Below are positions 30,254-39,673 of a stretch of 64,000 nt of DNA, piece after piece. The first letter of the stretch is position 1. Each line of letters opens with the position of its first letter. The position numbers were made by a program, and so were the translations under genes. The stretch lies in the NCBI GenBank assembly GCA_019058295.1, contig JAHPZI010000010.1:37478-101477 (forward strand). The letters are read 5' to 3'. This DNA is from Promethearchaeota archaeon (GTDB lineage: Archaea > Asgardarchaeota > Lokiarchaeia > Sigyniarchaeales > SOKP01). The notes below the pieces were generated by a model that saw only the letters and a list, made by a program, of their open reading frames with translations, was not told where the DNA came from and made no database searches.

Positions 30254-31135
30254 TTAATTCTTATTTTTATTTAATTTCTCTATTGCCTTACATTCATGCT
30301 CATAATGTTCAATCGATTTCATTTCTTGTTCTTTATATCTCATTGAACGTTTAATGAGATTATCAAAATCTACTGTATGCCCATCCACATCTGGACCGTC
30401 TACACATGCAAAATAAACCTCACCTGTATTTGTCAAGTATCTACATCCACCACACATTCCAGTACCATCGATCATAATAGGATTTAATGACACCATAGTA
30501 TCGATTTTTGGAAGTCCTGAGCTTCCATTTGTTGTTAAGACCACATATTTCATCATAAGTAATGGGCCAATCGCAATAACTAAACTTACTTTTTTCTCTG
30601 TTATTATTTTTCTTAAGGGTTCTGTTACAACGCCTTTTATTCCTTCTGAGCCATCGTCAGTACAAATAACTAATTCTTCGCTTACAGAAGCCATTTTATC
30701 TTTCCAAAAAAGTAACTTCTTTGTTCTAGCTCCGATGATTGTAAGTATTTTGTTCCCGGCCTCTTTCAATTCTTTAGCTTGAGGATAAGCTGGAGCAATA
30801 CCAATACCTCCTCCTATGACTACAACAGGATTCTCATATTTTTTAATATGAATTGCATTTCCTAAAGGTCCAGCCACGTCTAAAATATCGTCTCCTTCAT
30901 TAAGATGAGATAATAATGTAGTTGTTTTTCCAACAACTTGAAAAACAATTGTAATAGTACCTAATATACTATCATAATCAGCTATTGTAAGAGGAATTCT
31001 CTCTCCTTTCTCATTAATTCGAATTATGATGAAATTACCTGCATGTGCTTTCTTTGCTATTTGAGGGGTTTCCAAATCCATTTCATAAAGCAGGTCCTTT
31101 ACTAATTCAATTTTTTTTAATATCTTATATGGCAG
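30254..31135 (-). CDS. nfnA: NfnA/SudB (PyrK-like) FAD/[2Fe-2S] subunit
   Basis: GERIPLT, GPLG, GGGIG, TDDGS, DGTGMCGGC...CVDGP. Frame extends 18 codons upstream to CTG 31135 (PYKILKKIEL...). Confidence 0.85.
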   Translation of the reverse strand: MPYKILKKIELVKDLLYEMDLETPQIAKKAHAGNFIIIRINEKGERIPLTIADYDSILGTITIVFQVVGKTTTLLSHLNEGDDILDVAGPLGNAIHIKKYENPVVVIGGGIGIAPAYPQAKELKEAGNKILTIIGARTKKLLFWKDKMASVSEELVICTDDGSEGIKGVVTEPLRKIITEKKVSLVIAIGPLLMMKYVVLTTNGSSGLPKIDTMVSLNPIMIDGTGMCGGCRYLTNTGEVYFACVDGPDVDGHTVDFDNLIKRSMRYKEQEMKSIEHYEHECKAIEKLNKNKN

Positions 31136-31414
31136 ATTATATCACGTATAACATTTTTATGAATTCGCTCTAATTTAATTGGAATCAATATTATATTCGT
31201 TAAACCCCTATATCGAATTTTTGGTTATAATTTGAAATTCAATTTAAAGCTCCTTTAAAATCTTAAAAGTTTGTATAAATTTTAAACTTGCGATTATAAA
31301 GTTAAAGATAATTATAGCTCCTAATTTTTTTACTATATTTGAATTATAAGAATAAAATTTATATTTCTAAAAAAGTATGATAAAAGTAAAATCTTAGCTA
31401 ATAGTGAATCAATT

Positions 31415-32071
31415 ATGAAGAATATCGAAAAACTAGAAAAGGAAGCAGAAGAGAATTTAATTATAGCAGAAAATGAGATTAAAGTCGCAAGATTATTTAA
31501 AGAAATGGCTAAATTGGAGTCAAAAAAATCCAAAGCTCGAGAGAAGTTATTACACAGTGAATTAAAAATCGCAAAAACCCGAGAAAACCTCGCAAAGAGA
31601 AAAAAAGAACTCTCAACAAAAAAAAAGAAGTTCAAAGACGAGGGTATTTTAATCTTCTCTGATGATGAATTGCGGGGAGAAAGTAATTATGCGATATTTT
31701 ATGAGAATCTAGCAAAAAAACAATTAGAACTTGCAAGAATCCATGAAAAAATTGATAACTTAGAAAAGAAGATTATCAAAAACAAATATGCAATATCCAA
31801 GATAAGAAGTAGTCTCGCTAAGGAACTTAAGTTATTAACCAAAAAGATCAATAAGTATATTAAAACTGTTGGAACAAATAAATCCCCTGAAAAAATTTCA
31901 AAAGCAGAAACTCAAATACATACTCAGAGAAAACAAGTAGAAATTATTAAGGGGGAATTATTTGAGAAGGAAAATAAACTAAAAATAAAGCACAATATGA
32001 TTGCAGACCTCAATAAAGAATTATCTTTAAATTTAGCAGAACAGGAAAAAATTAGGCATCAAAAATCCTAA
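31415..32071 (+). CDS. Coiled-coil protein, Lys/Glu-rich
   Basis: Heptad-like K/E/L composition throughout. Confidence 0.7.
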   Translation: MKNIEKLEKEAEENLIIAENEIKVARLFKEMAKLESKKSKAREKLLHSELKIAKTRENLAKRKKELSTKKKKFKDEGILIFSDDELRGESNYAIFYENLAKKQLELARIHEKIDNLEKKIIKNKYAISKIRSSLAKELKLLTKKINKYIKTVGTNKSPEKISKAETQIHTQRKQVEIIKGELFEKENKLKIKHNMIADLNKELSLNLAEQEKIRHQKS

Positions 32072-32186
32072 TTCTTTTATAATTTAATAGTTTTATTCTT
32101 AATTTATTCTGAAAATTCAGATAGAAAATCTAACTTAATATTTCTTAAGGTGAGATTTTAAAAGTTTTTTTTAATTTTAGTCAAAT

Positions 32187-32717
32187 ATGGATTTTTGGAA
32201 AGAGATCCCCACTGGAGATAATCCTCCAAGTATTTTAAATGCTGTAATAGAAGTTATCAGCGGGTCAAGAGATAAATATGAGTATAAAAACGAATGGGAA
32301 GCATTTATATTAGATCGCATCATTCCTTCTTCCGTAATTTTTCCGGTTGAATATGGATTCGTCCCTCAGACATTCTCTGATGATAAGGATCCGCTTGATA
32401 TAATGGTGTTAAGTTACGAACCTTTAGAAGTGGGATGTATTGTAAAGGTAAGAGTGATAGGAGCATTAATTATTGAGGATGAGCACGGAGATGACCCTAA
32501 AATTTTATCGGTTTTAGTTAATGACGCAAGATTTGAAGGGTTTCATGATATAAGTGATATTCATAACCATAAGTTAAAAGAAATACAAGAGTTCTATGAA
32601 ACCTATAAAAGATTGGAACCTCATAAGTGGGTAAAGTTTAAAGAATGGAAAAATGCTGAAGGAGCAAAGGAAATCGTTAATTATTCAATTGAGATGTATA
32701 AGAATTTGGATATTTAA
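32187..32717 (+). CDS. ppa: Inorganic pyrophosphatase (family I)
   Basis: KYEY, YGFVPQT, DDKDPLD, DDPK, FYETYKRLE. Confidence 0.95.
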   Translation: MDFWKEIPTGDNPPSILNAVIEVISGSRDKYEYKNEWEAFILDRIIPSSVIFPVEYGFVPQTFSDDKDPLDIMVLSYEPLEVGCIVKVRVIGALIIEDEHGDDPKILSVLVNDARFEGFHDISDIHNHKLKEIQEFYETYKRLEPHKWVKFKEWKNAEGAKEIVNYSIEMYKNLDI

Positions 32718-32774
32718 TAAAGGATTCCGGCTAAAACCAATAACTTAAATAAAAAAATTAGATGTAAGTTATAA

Positions 32775-33458
32775 ATGTCCTATGTATATATGAAATCTTT
32801 GGAACATAAAGCAGAGAAATATGATAAAGGTATAAAATCATTAACTTTAGGAAGGCTTCCAAAAATAAAGCAAGAAATCGTTGAAAATTATTTAAATGAA
32901 GGGGAAAATTTATTAGATATTGGAATGGGTACAGGAACTTTAGCGATTATTGCTGCTAAAAAGGGAGTAAAAGTTACTGGAATTGATTATTCAGAGAAAA
33001 TGTTAGACGTAGCAAGAAAAAATCTAAAAAATAAGAATTTATCTGAATCAGTAAGGATCATAAAAATGCCTGTTATTGATTTAGATGAAGCATTTCCTAA
33101 TAATTCATTTGATAAAGTTACTGCAACGCTTTCATTTAGTGAACTTTATCAAAAAGAACAAGAATTTTGTTTAAACCAGATTTATCGTATTTTAAAGGAA
33201 AATGGAGAATTTATTATCGTGGATGAAGTGAAACCAAAAAAATTCTGGAAAAAGGTTGCCTACTTTTTTGTAAGAATGCCAATCTCTTTAATAAATTTTA
33301 TTAAAGCTCATATTTCGACTTCTCCATTAACCCATTTCGAACAAAAGTTAAAAAAACATAATTTCATGATATTAGAAGAAAAATTGTATTTATTAGACAC
33401 ATTAAAACTAATTCAGTCAAAGAAAATAAAAGGTGATTTAAACGAGCATAAAAAGTAA
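32775..33458 (+). CDS. Class I SAM-dependent methyltransferase (corrinoid-protein-associated, CpaM-like)
   Basis: LDIGMGTG motif I, GIDYSEKML, ILKENG; N-terminus MKSLE...YDKGI..LT.G; adjacent to the HgcAB-like gene. Confidence 0.8.
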   Translation: MSYVYMKSLEHKAEKYDKGIKSLTLGRLPKIKQEIVENYLNEGENLLDIGMGTGTLAIIAAKKGVKVTGIDYSEKMLDVARKNLKNKNLSESVRIIKMPVIDLDEAFPNNSFDKVTATLSFSELYQKEQEFCLNQIYRILKENGEFIIVDEVKPKKFWKKVAYFFVRMPISLINFIKAHISTSPLTHFEQKLKKHNFMILEEKLYLLDTLKLIQSKKIKGDLNEHKK

Positions 33459-34533
33459 ATTTAAATTGTTTGGAGCATATTTTTTTCGATGGATTGGTTT
33501 TCCTATTGAGCCAGATGTAATTAAAATTGGAAACCCGACAAAAGAAAGCCCTGTTTTATTGACTTGTAACTTTATTCTTACAGTAAAACGAGTTTTAAAG
33601 GAAATAAAAAACCTTGATTGTTATTTGTTAGTAGCACCTTCCAATGGCATTAATGTCTGGTGTGGTGCATGTGGAGATGATTTTCATACAGATCAAGTTA
33701 TTTCTATTATTAAAACGAGCGGAATCAATGAACTTGTTTCCCATAGAACGCTGATATTACCTCAATTGAGTGCTTCTGGACTTGATCCCATACTTATCAA
33801 AAAGAAAGTCGGATGGAACGTAAAATTCGGACCTGTATATGCAAAAGACATTCCCGAGTATATTAATAATAATTTTCAAAAAACAGAAAAACAAAGAATA
33901 ATTAGATTTCCTATTAAAAAACGAGCAGAAATGGCAAATCTCTATTTTTTTAGCATATTTCTGATATTCTCAGTAATATATTGGATTGTTTCATTAATAA
34001 TACAATCATATAATTTAACCCTATATCTAAATAGTACAATTTTGATGTTCATTATAATTTACGGGTCATTGATTATATTGCCAAATATTCCATTTAAAAC
34101 AGGTCGCCCCAAAGTCTTGGTCTATGAAATTGTCCTCATTATAATCATAGTATCATTATTTTTTATAGGTTTCTTAAATCTATTTTATTTAATATGGGAT
34201 ATAGTACTATCGGTTCTTGTAGCATACATTGTAGCAGAAGATTTTCATGGATTAACGCCCATTTATAAAAGTGAGATGGGAGAAAAAAGTTGGAATAAAG
34301 GAAAAGATAAGTTTAAGTTCTTATTTAGTGAATACAAACTCCAACCGTATGGACAAATTGCACTCGAAAGAGAGAAATGTATTGGTTGCAAGGTATGTAT
34401 TGAAATATGTCCCAGAAATTTATATGTTTTTAATGAAACTGATAAAAAGGTTGATTTGAGGACTCCAGAAAAATGTATAAATTGTAATGCATGTGTTAAA
34501 CGCTGTTTAGCTAAATGTTTAATAATTCAATAA
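33442..34533 (+). CDS. HgcAB-like fusion: corrinoid-binding (CdhD/HgcA) domain + TM helices + 2x[4Fe-4S] ferredoxin
   Basis: GNPTKESPVLLTCNF.LT, GINVWCGACG cap helix, LILPQLSA.G, FGPV.AKDIP; four TM helices; CIGCKVCIEICP and CINCNACVKRC. Start is ACG 33442 or TTG 33466. Confidence 0.88.
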   Translation, partial: TSIKSKFKLFGAYFFRWIGFPIEPDVIKIGNPTKESPVLLTCNFILTVKRVLKEIKNLDCYLLVAPSNGINVWCGACGDDFHTDQVISIIKTSGINELVSHRTLILPQLSASGLDPILIKKKVGWNVKFGPVYAKDIPEYINNNFQKTEKQRIIRFPIKKRAEMANLYFFSIFLIFSVIYWIVSLIIQSYNLTLYLNSTILMFIIIYGSLIILPNIPFKTGRPKVLVYEIVLIIIIVSLFFIGFLNLFYLIWDIVLSVLVAYIVAEDFHGLTPIYKSEMGEKSWNKGKDKFKFLFSEYKLQPYGQIALEREKCIGCKVCIEICPRNLYVFNETDKKVDLRTPEKCINCNACVKRCLAKCLIIQ

Positions 34534-34583
34534 AGTGGTTAAAATTAAAAAAAATCTGAAAAAAAAGTTAAGGTTAAGAAGGA

Positions 34584-35315
34584 ATGAATATATTAAGTGA
34601 AATGTTTTCTGGTCTTTTTTCATATACGATTGTTTGGCTCTATCTCTATTTCTCTTTTATTGGGCTATATGCTCTCATTATAATATATCACCAGCGAAAT
34701 CCAGAAAAATATACGTTATTATTCAAAATAATCGACCCAATAGGCGCTATTTTTGGTATTTTTATGGTCTTCGCAGTCCATTTAACCAGACAACCTAGGA
34801 TTTATGGGTCCCTCGGAATGGTTTTGACACCCTCAAATCAGATAATGACTGAACCAGTTGTTAATTATGGCCCATTACCCGGGTTAATTTTAAGTATCAT
34901 CGGTTTTGGAATCCTAATACCAGCGTTTATCTGTTTAGTATTAGCGATAATAAAAATACTTAAGGTAATAAATAGTGAAATGCTTGAGTCTGACGAGATT
35001 TTAGATACCAGTTTTTGGGGGATTGTCCGGAATCCATTATACACCTCTCTATTTTTAGTCTATCTAGGAAATGCACTAATACTCGGTGCTGTCTATAGTA
35101 TAATCTTAGCACCCTTCTTCTATTATACCAACTGGTTAAGTGGATGGGTTGAAACAACATTAAATCTTGAACCCACCTTTGGCAAAGAAAAGGTTGAAGA
35201 ATATAAGAAAAAAGTCCCTCATGCGCTCTTCAATATATATCTGTGGATATTAATGCTTGGATTAACTGTTTATCTTATCATACTAACTTTTTGGGGATAT
35301 GTTCCTTGGTATTAA
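34584..35315 (+). CDS. Membrane methyltransferase, ICMT/PEMT family
   Basis: Multiple TM helices; GIVRNPLY (RHPxY-like); FG...EEYKKKVP. Confidence 0.75.
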   Translation: MNILSEMFSGLFSYTIVWLYLYFSFIGLYALIIIYHQRNPEKYTLLFKIIDPIGAIFGIFMVFAVHLTRQPRIYGSLGMVLTPSNQIMTEPVVNYGPLPGLILSIIGFGILIPAFICLVLAIIKILKVINSEMLESDEILDTSFWGIVRNPLYTSLFLVYLGNALILGAVYSIILAPFFYYTNWLSGWVETTLNLEPTFGKEKVEEYKKKVPHALFNIYLWILMLGLTVYLIILTFWGYVPWY

Positions 35316-35459
35316 AAAATTAATCAAATAAATGCGATTATAATGAAATCTCAGCAATTAAATATAATTAAAATAATAAACCTCCTTAGAGATAAGTTTA
35401 ATTGATACCTAAAACAATATATAAATTAATAAGAGACAGAACTAATATGGATAAAAAAT

Positions 35460-35636
35460 ATGAGTAAGAAATATGAACATAGAATAAAAAGTTTAAAAGA
35501 TCAAAAACAAAATAAAGGAAAAAATCGTCGTAGATCAAAACCAGAAGCATATAAAAAATCTTATAAATTGAGTAAAGAAAAGAAGACTATTAATGGACTT
35601 CATAAAAAAATAGAAAAGAGTAAAAAGATATGGTAA
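35460..35636 (+). CDS. Unannotated small very basic protein (58 aa, MSKKYEHRIKSLKDQKQNKGKNRRRSKPEAYKKSYKLSKEKKTINGLHKKIEKSKKIW)
   Basis: Manual translation, ATG 35460 to TAA 35636; just below the ORF-track length cut-off. Confidence 0.55.
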   Translation: MSKKYEHRIKSLKDQKQNKGKNRRRSKPEAYKKSYKLSKEKKTINGLHKKIEKSKKIW

Positions 35637-35850
35637 AAAATTCTTTAAATTTTAATTTTGTTCTCAAAGAAATTAAACAAAAAAGAATTTCCCATTTTTT
35701 TTATTCAATTAAAATTATTTAGAAACTTATACGTTCATTTTTAAAGATTTGCTAATTTATAAATCAAATAAATTATAAGTATAAAGTTTAAAAAATAAAA
35801 ATAATAGAATAGTATTCAATATCTAATTTAAATCAACTAAAGGTGTATAT

Positions 35851-36402
35851 ATGTCAAAAAGAATGAGTGAAAAAAACCTAAGGGCATCTAATCTATTATT
35901 TGGTTTAATTACAATTGTAATAGCTGTTATTGTAATCTTATATTCTGTCGCTGGTGTAATATTTTTATTACTATTGACTTCAATTGGACTCATAATTATT
36001 GGTGTGGCTAGACTAATTAATGGATATGCTAATGAAAAACTTGATAGTTCTGCAAAATTAGCGAAAATCTTAAGTGGACTACTTGCTATTCTCTTTGGTA
36101 TCATCGTTTTAATAAGCACCTTAACGACACCAATACTTGCAATTGATATATTAATTATTTTAATTGCTATATTGTTCTTAATAATCGGCGTCGCTAGAGT
36201 TTTTGTGGGAGTCTTAACAAAAGAATATTATAAATGGTATAGAGTGATTTTAATATTCGTTGGAATCGTTGTAATTTTCTTATCTGTAATAGTTCTTATT
36301 AATTTAAGTATGAGCAATAATGCATTACTTTTTATACTCGCTATATCTATGTTATTAACTGGATTTGCTCGTCTGATTCTGGGAATAATTGGAATACAAT
36401 AA
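35851..36402 (+). CDS. HdeD/DUF308 family membrane protein
   Basis: Repeated hydrophobic hairpins with G.AR motifs. Confidence 0.8.
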   Translation: MSKRMSEKNLRASNLLFGLITIVIAVIVILYSVAGVIFLLLLTSIGLIIIGVARLINGYANEKLDSSAKLAKILSGLLAILFGIIVLISTLTTPILAIDILIILIAILFLIIGVARVFVGVLTKEYYKWYRVILIFVGIVVIFLSVIVLINLSMSNNALLFILAISMLLTGFARLILGIIGIQ

Positions 36403-36437
36403 TTGCTTATTAGATAAATCTGATTTTATTATCTATT

Positions 36438-37511
36438 TTAAATCCATTTTTTTTTCTTAAAATATAACAGCATTAAGACTGCTATGGATATCATAACCAT
36501 TATAACAATTGGATAAGCCAGAGGCTGTCGGACTTCGGGCATGTAAATAAAATTCATCCCATAAAAACCCGCTAGAAATGATAATGGAATGAAAATCGAA
36601 GTTATTATCGTCAATAGATTGATTACTTCATTCATTCTCTGGTTTATGCGTGATAAATAACTTTCACGCAATGTTGTTATAATATCTCGAAAATTTTCGA
36701 ATGTATCGATGGTCTGAATAATGTGATCATATAAATCTCTTAAATATAAACGAGTTGTGTCATGAATAATAGAATTTTCTTCTCTTTGAAATGAATTAAT
36801 AACTTCTCTTAATGGCCTGATTATCCTTCTTAATGTAATAACTTCGCGTTCAAGATGGCGAATTTTTCCTAGAAGCTCAGAACTAGGATTTTCTAATAGT
36901 TCCTCTTCTATTAAATCTAATTCTTCATCAATTTTTTCCTGTATTACAAAGTAATTGTCTAAAATAACGTCTAAAATTGCGTAGCCCAAATAATCCGATT
37001 TTTCTGTTCGTATTAAACCTCTTGATGTTTCTAATCTTTTGATGATAGGATCAAAGATTTTACTCTCTTGTTCTCTGAAAGTGATTATATAAGTCGACCC
37101 AATTATTAGACTGATTTGTTCACTTTGTATTAGTTCTGTTTCCTCATTCAAATACAACATTTTTAATACAATAAATAAATAGTTTTTCAGAACTTCAATT
37201 TTTGGACGCTGTTCGGGATTCATAATATCCTCTAAAATGAGTGGATGAATGTGAAATTGTTTACCAAGATTTTCAACCAAGTCAACACTACTTAAACCGT
37301 CGAGATTTATCCATCTTACAATACTTTCATCTTTATTGAATAAATCTCTTTTCAATTCTTTATATTCATTAATTTCTAACTGTTCTTCGTTAAAATCGAT
37401 AACTTTTATTTTCTCAATTTCTACTTTTTTTTCTCCAGTAAATAGAAGTGTTCCTGGAGGTAATCCAACCTTTTTAGAGCGTTTCTTAACTCGTTTGATC
37501 ATTTTAACCAT
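36438..37511 (-). CDS. corA: Magnesium/cobalt transporter CorA
   Basis: GLPPGTL, HPLILEDI, QRPK, FYGMNF signature, two C-terminal TM helices. Confidence 0.95.
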   Translation of the reverse strand: MVKMIKRVKKRSKKVGLPPGTLLFTGEKKVEIEKIKVIDFNEEQLEINEYKELKRDLFNKDESIVRWINLDGLSSVDLVENLGKQFHIHPLILEDIMNPEQRPKIEVLKNYLFIVLKMLYLNEETELIQSEQISLIIGSTYIITFREQESKIFDPIIKRLETSRGLIRTEKSDYLGYAILDVILDNYFVIQEKIDEELDLIEEELLENPSSELLGKIRHLEREVITLRRIIRPLREVINSFQREENSIIHDTTRLYLRDLYDHIIQTIDTFENFRDIITTLRESYLSRINQRMNEVINLLTIITSIFIPLSFLAGFYGMNFIYMPEVRQPLAYPIVIMVMISIAVLMLLYFKKKKWI

Positions 37512-37571
37512 TCACAAAGATTTTTTTTATTAATAGTCATACTAATAATTTTAACTTGAAAATTTTATATA

Positions 37572-38522
37572 ATGAATACGATTATTGAAGATTATATAAT
37601 TATTTCGTTAATAAAACCTAAAAAATTTACATTCCTAAAAATGAAACGAATATATAAGATAATTCTTGAAGTTATAATTATTTTAATTCTTGGGTATGTA
37701 GGATATTGGATTTACTTTTATTCTGGTCTAGATCAGATTCTTATCAATCTCATTATCTTAAACATTTTTATTTATATCATCCGTACATTTTTAATTAATA
37801 TTGTAAACCTAATAATAAAGTCTCGTATTTTTAAATTTGCCTTCTCTTTAATTATAAATCTAATTTGGATTGGTTTTCTATTTTCTTTACTGTTTTTTAT
37901 CTCGCCAACATTTACTATTTCCGTGATTTCATTCCTAATTATCGCAATTTCATTAACATTTCAAGATATAATCAATAATATCGCATCTGGTGTAATTCTT
38001 ATCTCAAGAGAAGATGTAGAGATAGGTGATTTAGTAGAAATAGATGGGATACAAGGAATAATACATGAAATAAATCTAAATTATACAATAATAAAGGAAT
38101 TTGATGGAACATTGACTCATATTCCTAATAGAATTGTCTATAATGCATCTGTTATTAAATTCACATATAGAAGAATAAAATCTGATAAAAATAACGGGGA
38201 TCAAATAAAATTAAAAAAATATTTAAAAGATTTTAAGGGATATATTTCTCGGGGAGAAAAATTAACAAATTATACAAAAATCGTGGAAGTTTTATCTCCT
38301 ATAAATCCTGATAAATTAAATTCTTTATTGTCAACTGTATTTGATAAGTATGAACCAATTTTTGGGATAAGACCTGACTATTTAATAGAAAAAACAACGT
38401 GGGATAGAGTTCAAATTACTTTATTGATACTATCAAAAGATCCAAATTTAGTAATTGAATATATTGATAATTTCCTTAAAGATATAGTTTATAAATTATA
38501 TCCAGAAAAGATTGCTGAGTGA
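37572..38522 (+). CDS. MscS-family mechanosensitive channel
   Basis: FQDIINNIASG, IGDLVEIDGIQG, IPN motifs; true start may be 37641. Confidence 0.85.
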   Translation: MNTIIEDYIIISLIKPKKFTFLKMKRIYKIILEVIIILILGYVGYWIYFYSGLDQILINLIILNIFIYIIRTFLINIVNLIIKSRIFKFAFSLIINLIWIGFLFSLLFFISPTFTISVISFLIIAISLTFQDIINNIASGVILISREDVEIGDLVEIDGIQGIIHEINLNYTIIKEFDGTLTHIPNRIVYNASVIKFTYRRIKSDKNNGDQIKLKKYLKDFKGYISRGEKLTNYTKIVEVLSPINPDKLNSLLSTVFDKYEPIFGIRPDYLIEKTTWDRVQITLLILSKDPNLVIEYIDNFLKDIVYKLYPEKIAE

Positions 38523-39447
38523 CAATAATAAAATAAAAGAAAGTATAAAAAACAGAGATTATAAAAAAATGGCAATTTTCAGTAACGATTTAGAAGCACT
38601 TATCTATATTATAATTATTGGATTTATTTTATTTGTTTTGAATAAAATTATTACTTCTTTTATGAAACATTTTAAAAAGATTTCCATAAAGACAGAAAAT
38701 AAAATTTCATTCATAATTAGCTTGATTTCATTTGTAACTATAATATACTTAATAATTGAAGGATTTCCTTCTTTTGAAAAGATTGATCCAACTTATGCTG
38801 CAATTCTTACTGGTGCTATTAGTACAGCTTTAGCTTTTGCCTCTAGTGGAATTTTTAAAAATTTAATATCAGGAATAGTTTTAATGTTTGTGGGCCCTTT
38901 TGATGTAGGAGATATTGTTAAAATTAAAGGCAATAAGGGAATTGTAAGGAGTATCACTCTATCTAAAACAATATTAGAAACTTTTGATGGAAAATTTATC
39001 GAAATCTCTAATACAGAAACTTTCTCATCTTCATTAGTAAATTATACGCAAAAAATACGTAAAGTTCGAAATTTTGAACAATTCTTAAGAAAAATTCAAA
39101 GTCCTCAAGTTAAAGCAATGGCACAATTAAAAACACTTGATGAGACATATCTGAAGAAAATGTTTGAAGTTTGTAAAAATATTCGAAATCCGATAATTCA
39201 TAGATATACATTTAGGATGGAATTTCCCTATGAAGGATTTAAAAGAAAAATAAGAGAAGTTCATAACTTATGTGTGAAATATAGAGAAATTTTTGGTGCT
39301 CGTCCATGGTATGACATTGTAAATTTTGGAGTAAAGATTCACATTAAATTTATGATATTAACATTAGATTCAAATACCATTCTTGAAGATCAACCTAAAT
39401 TTGCTCATGAACTTTATCAAATAATCCTTAAATCAGTAGTCAAATGA
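38512..39447 (+). CDS. MscS-family mechanosensitive channel
   Basis: NLISG..L...PFDVGDIV.I.G..G motif; true start may be 38569. Confidence 0.85.
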   Translation: MLSDNNKIKESIKNRDYKKMAIFSNDLEALIYIIIIGFILFVLNKIITSFMKHFKKISIKTENKISFIISLISFVTIIYLIIEGFPSFEKIDPTYAAILTGAISTALAFASSGIFKNLISGIVLMFVGPFDVGDIVKIKGNKGIVRSITLSKTILETFDGKFIEISNTETFSSSLVNYTQKIRKVRNFEQFLRKIQSPQVKAMAQLKTLDETYLKKMFEVCKNIRNPIIHRYTFRMEFPYEGFKRKIREVHNLCVKYREIFGARPWYDIVNFGVKIHIKFMILTLDSNTILEDQPKFAHELYQIILKSVVK

Positions 39448-39481
39448 AAAAGGATTTTTCAATTGCCTTAAAGGAATCATT

Positions 39482-39592
39482 TTAATAAACTTTGGTCTCA
39501 GACTCATTGAATCACTCCAATCTGCTCATTATTTCCACCCAATCAACTTTATGACCATCGAAAATTGGACTAGCAATGCACTTAAATTTATT
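39482..39592 (-). pseudogene. Degenerate C-terminal fragment of an nfnA/sudB paralogue
   Basis: Translation NKFKCIASPIFDGHKVDWVEIMSRLE*FNESETKVY aligns to VYFACVDGPDVDGHTVDFDNLIKRSMRYKEQE of the intact NfnA; internal TGA at 39514-39512. Confidence 0.6.
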
Positions 39593-39619
39593 TGAGTTAA
39601 GGAAATTATTAATTAGGAG

Positions 39620-39640
39620 ATATAACTAAAAGTGTTATAT
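39620..39640. promoter_or_regulatory. Inverted repeat ATATAAC-N7-GTTATAT upstream of guaA
   Basis: Perfect 7-bp palindrome arms about 35 bp upstream of the ATG; the half-site is shared with other nitrogen-cluster promoters. Confidence 0.5.
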
Positions 39641-39673
39641 TTTTGAAAAAGGTAAAATTACCTTAATTAATAC

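Noticed and set aside
33442-34533. Calling the organism a mercury methylator
   Set aside because: The cap helix deviates from the HgcA consensus, the gene is a fusion and the HgcB Cys tail is absent.
39512-39514. TGA in the nfnA fragment as selenocysteine
   Set aside because: It does not align with a Cys, the fragment has no start, and its motifs are degraded.
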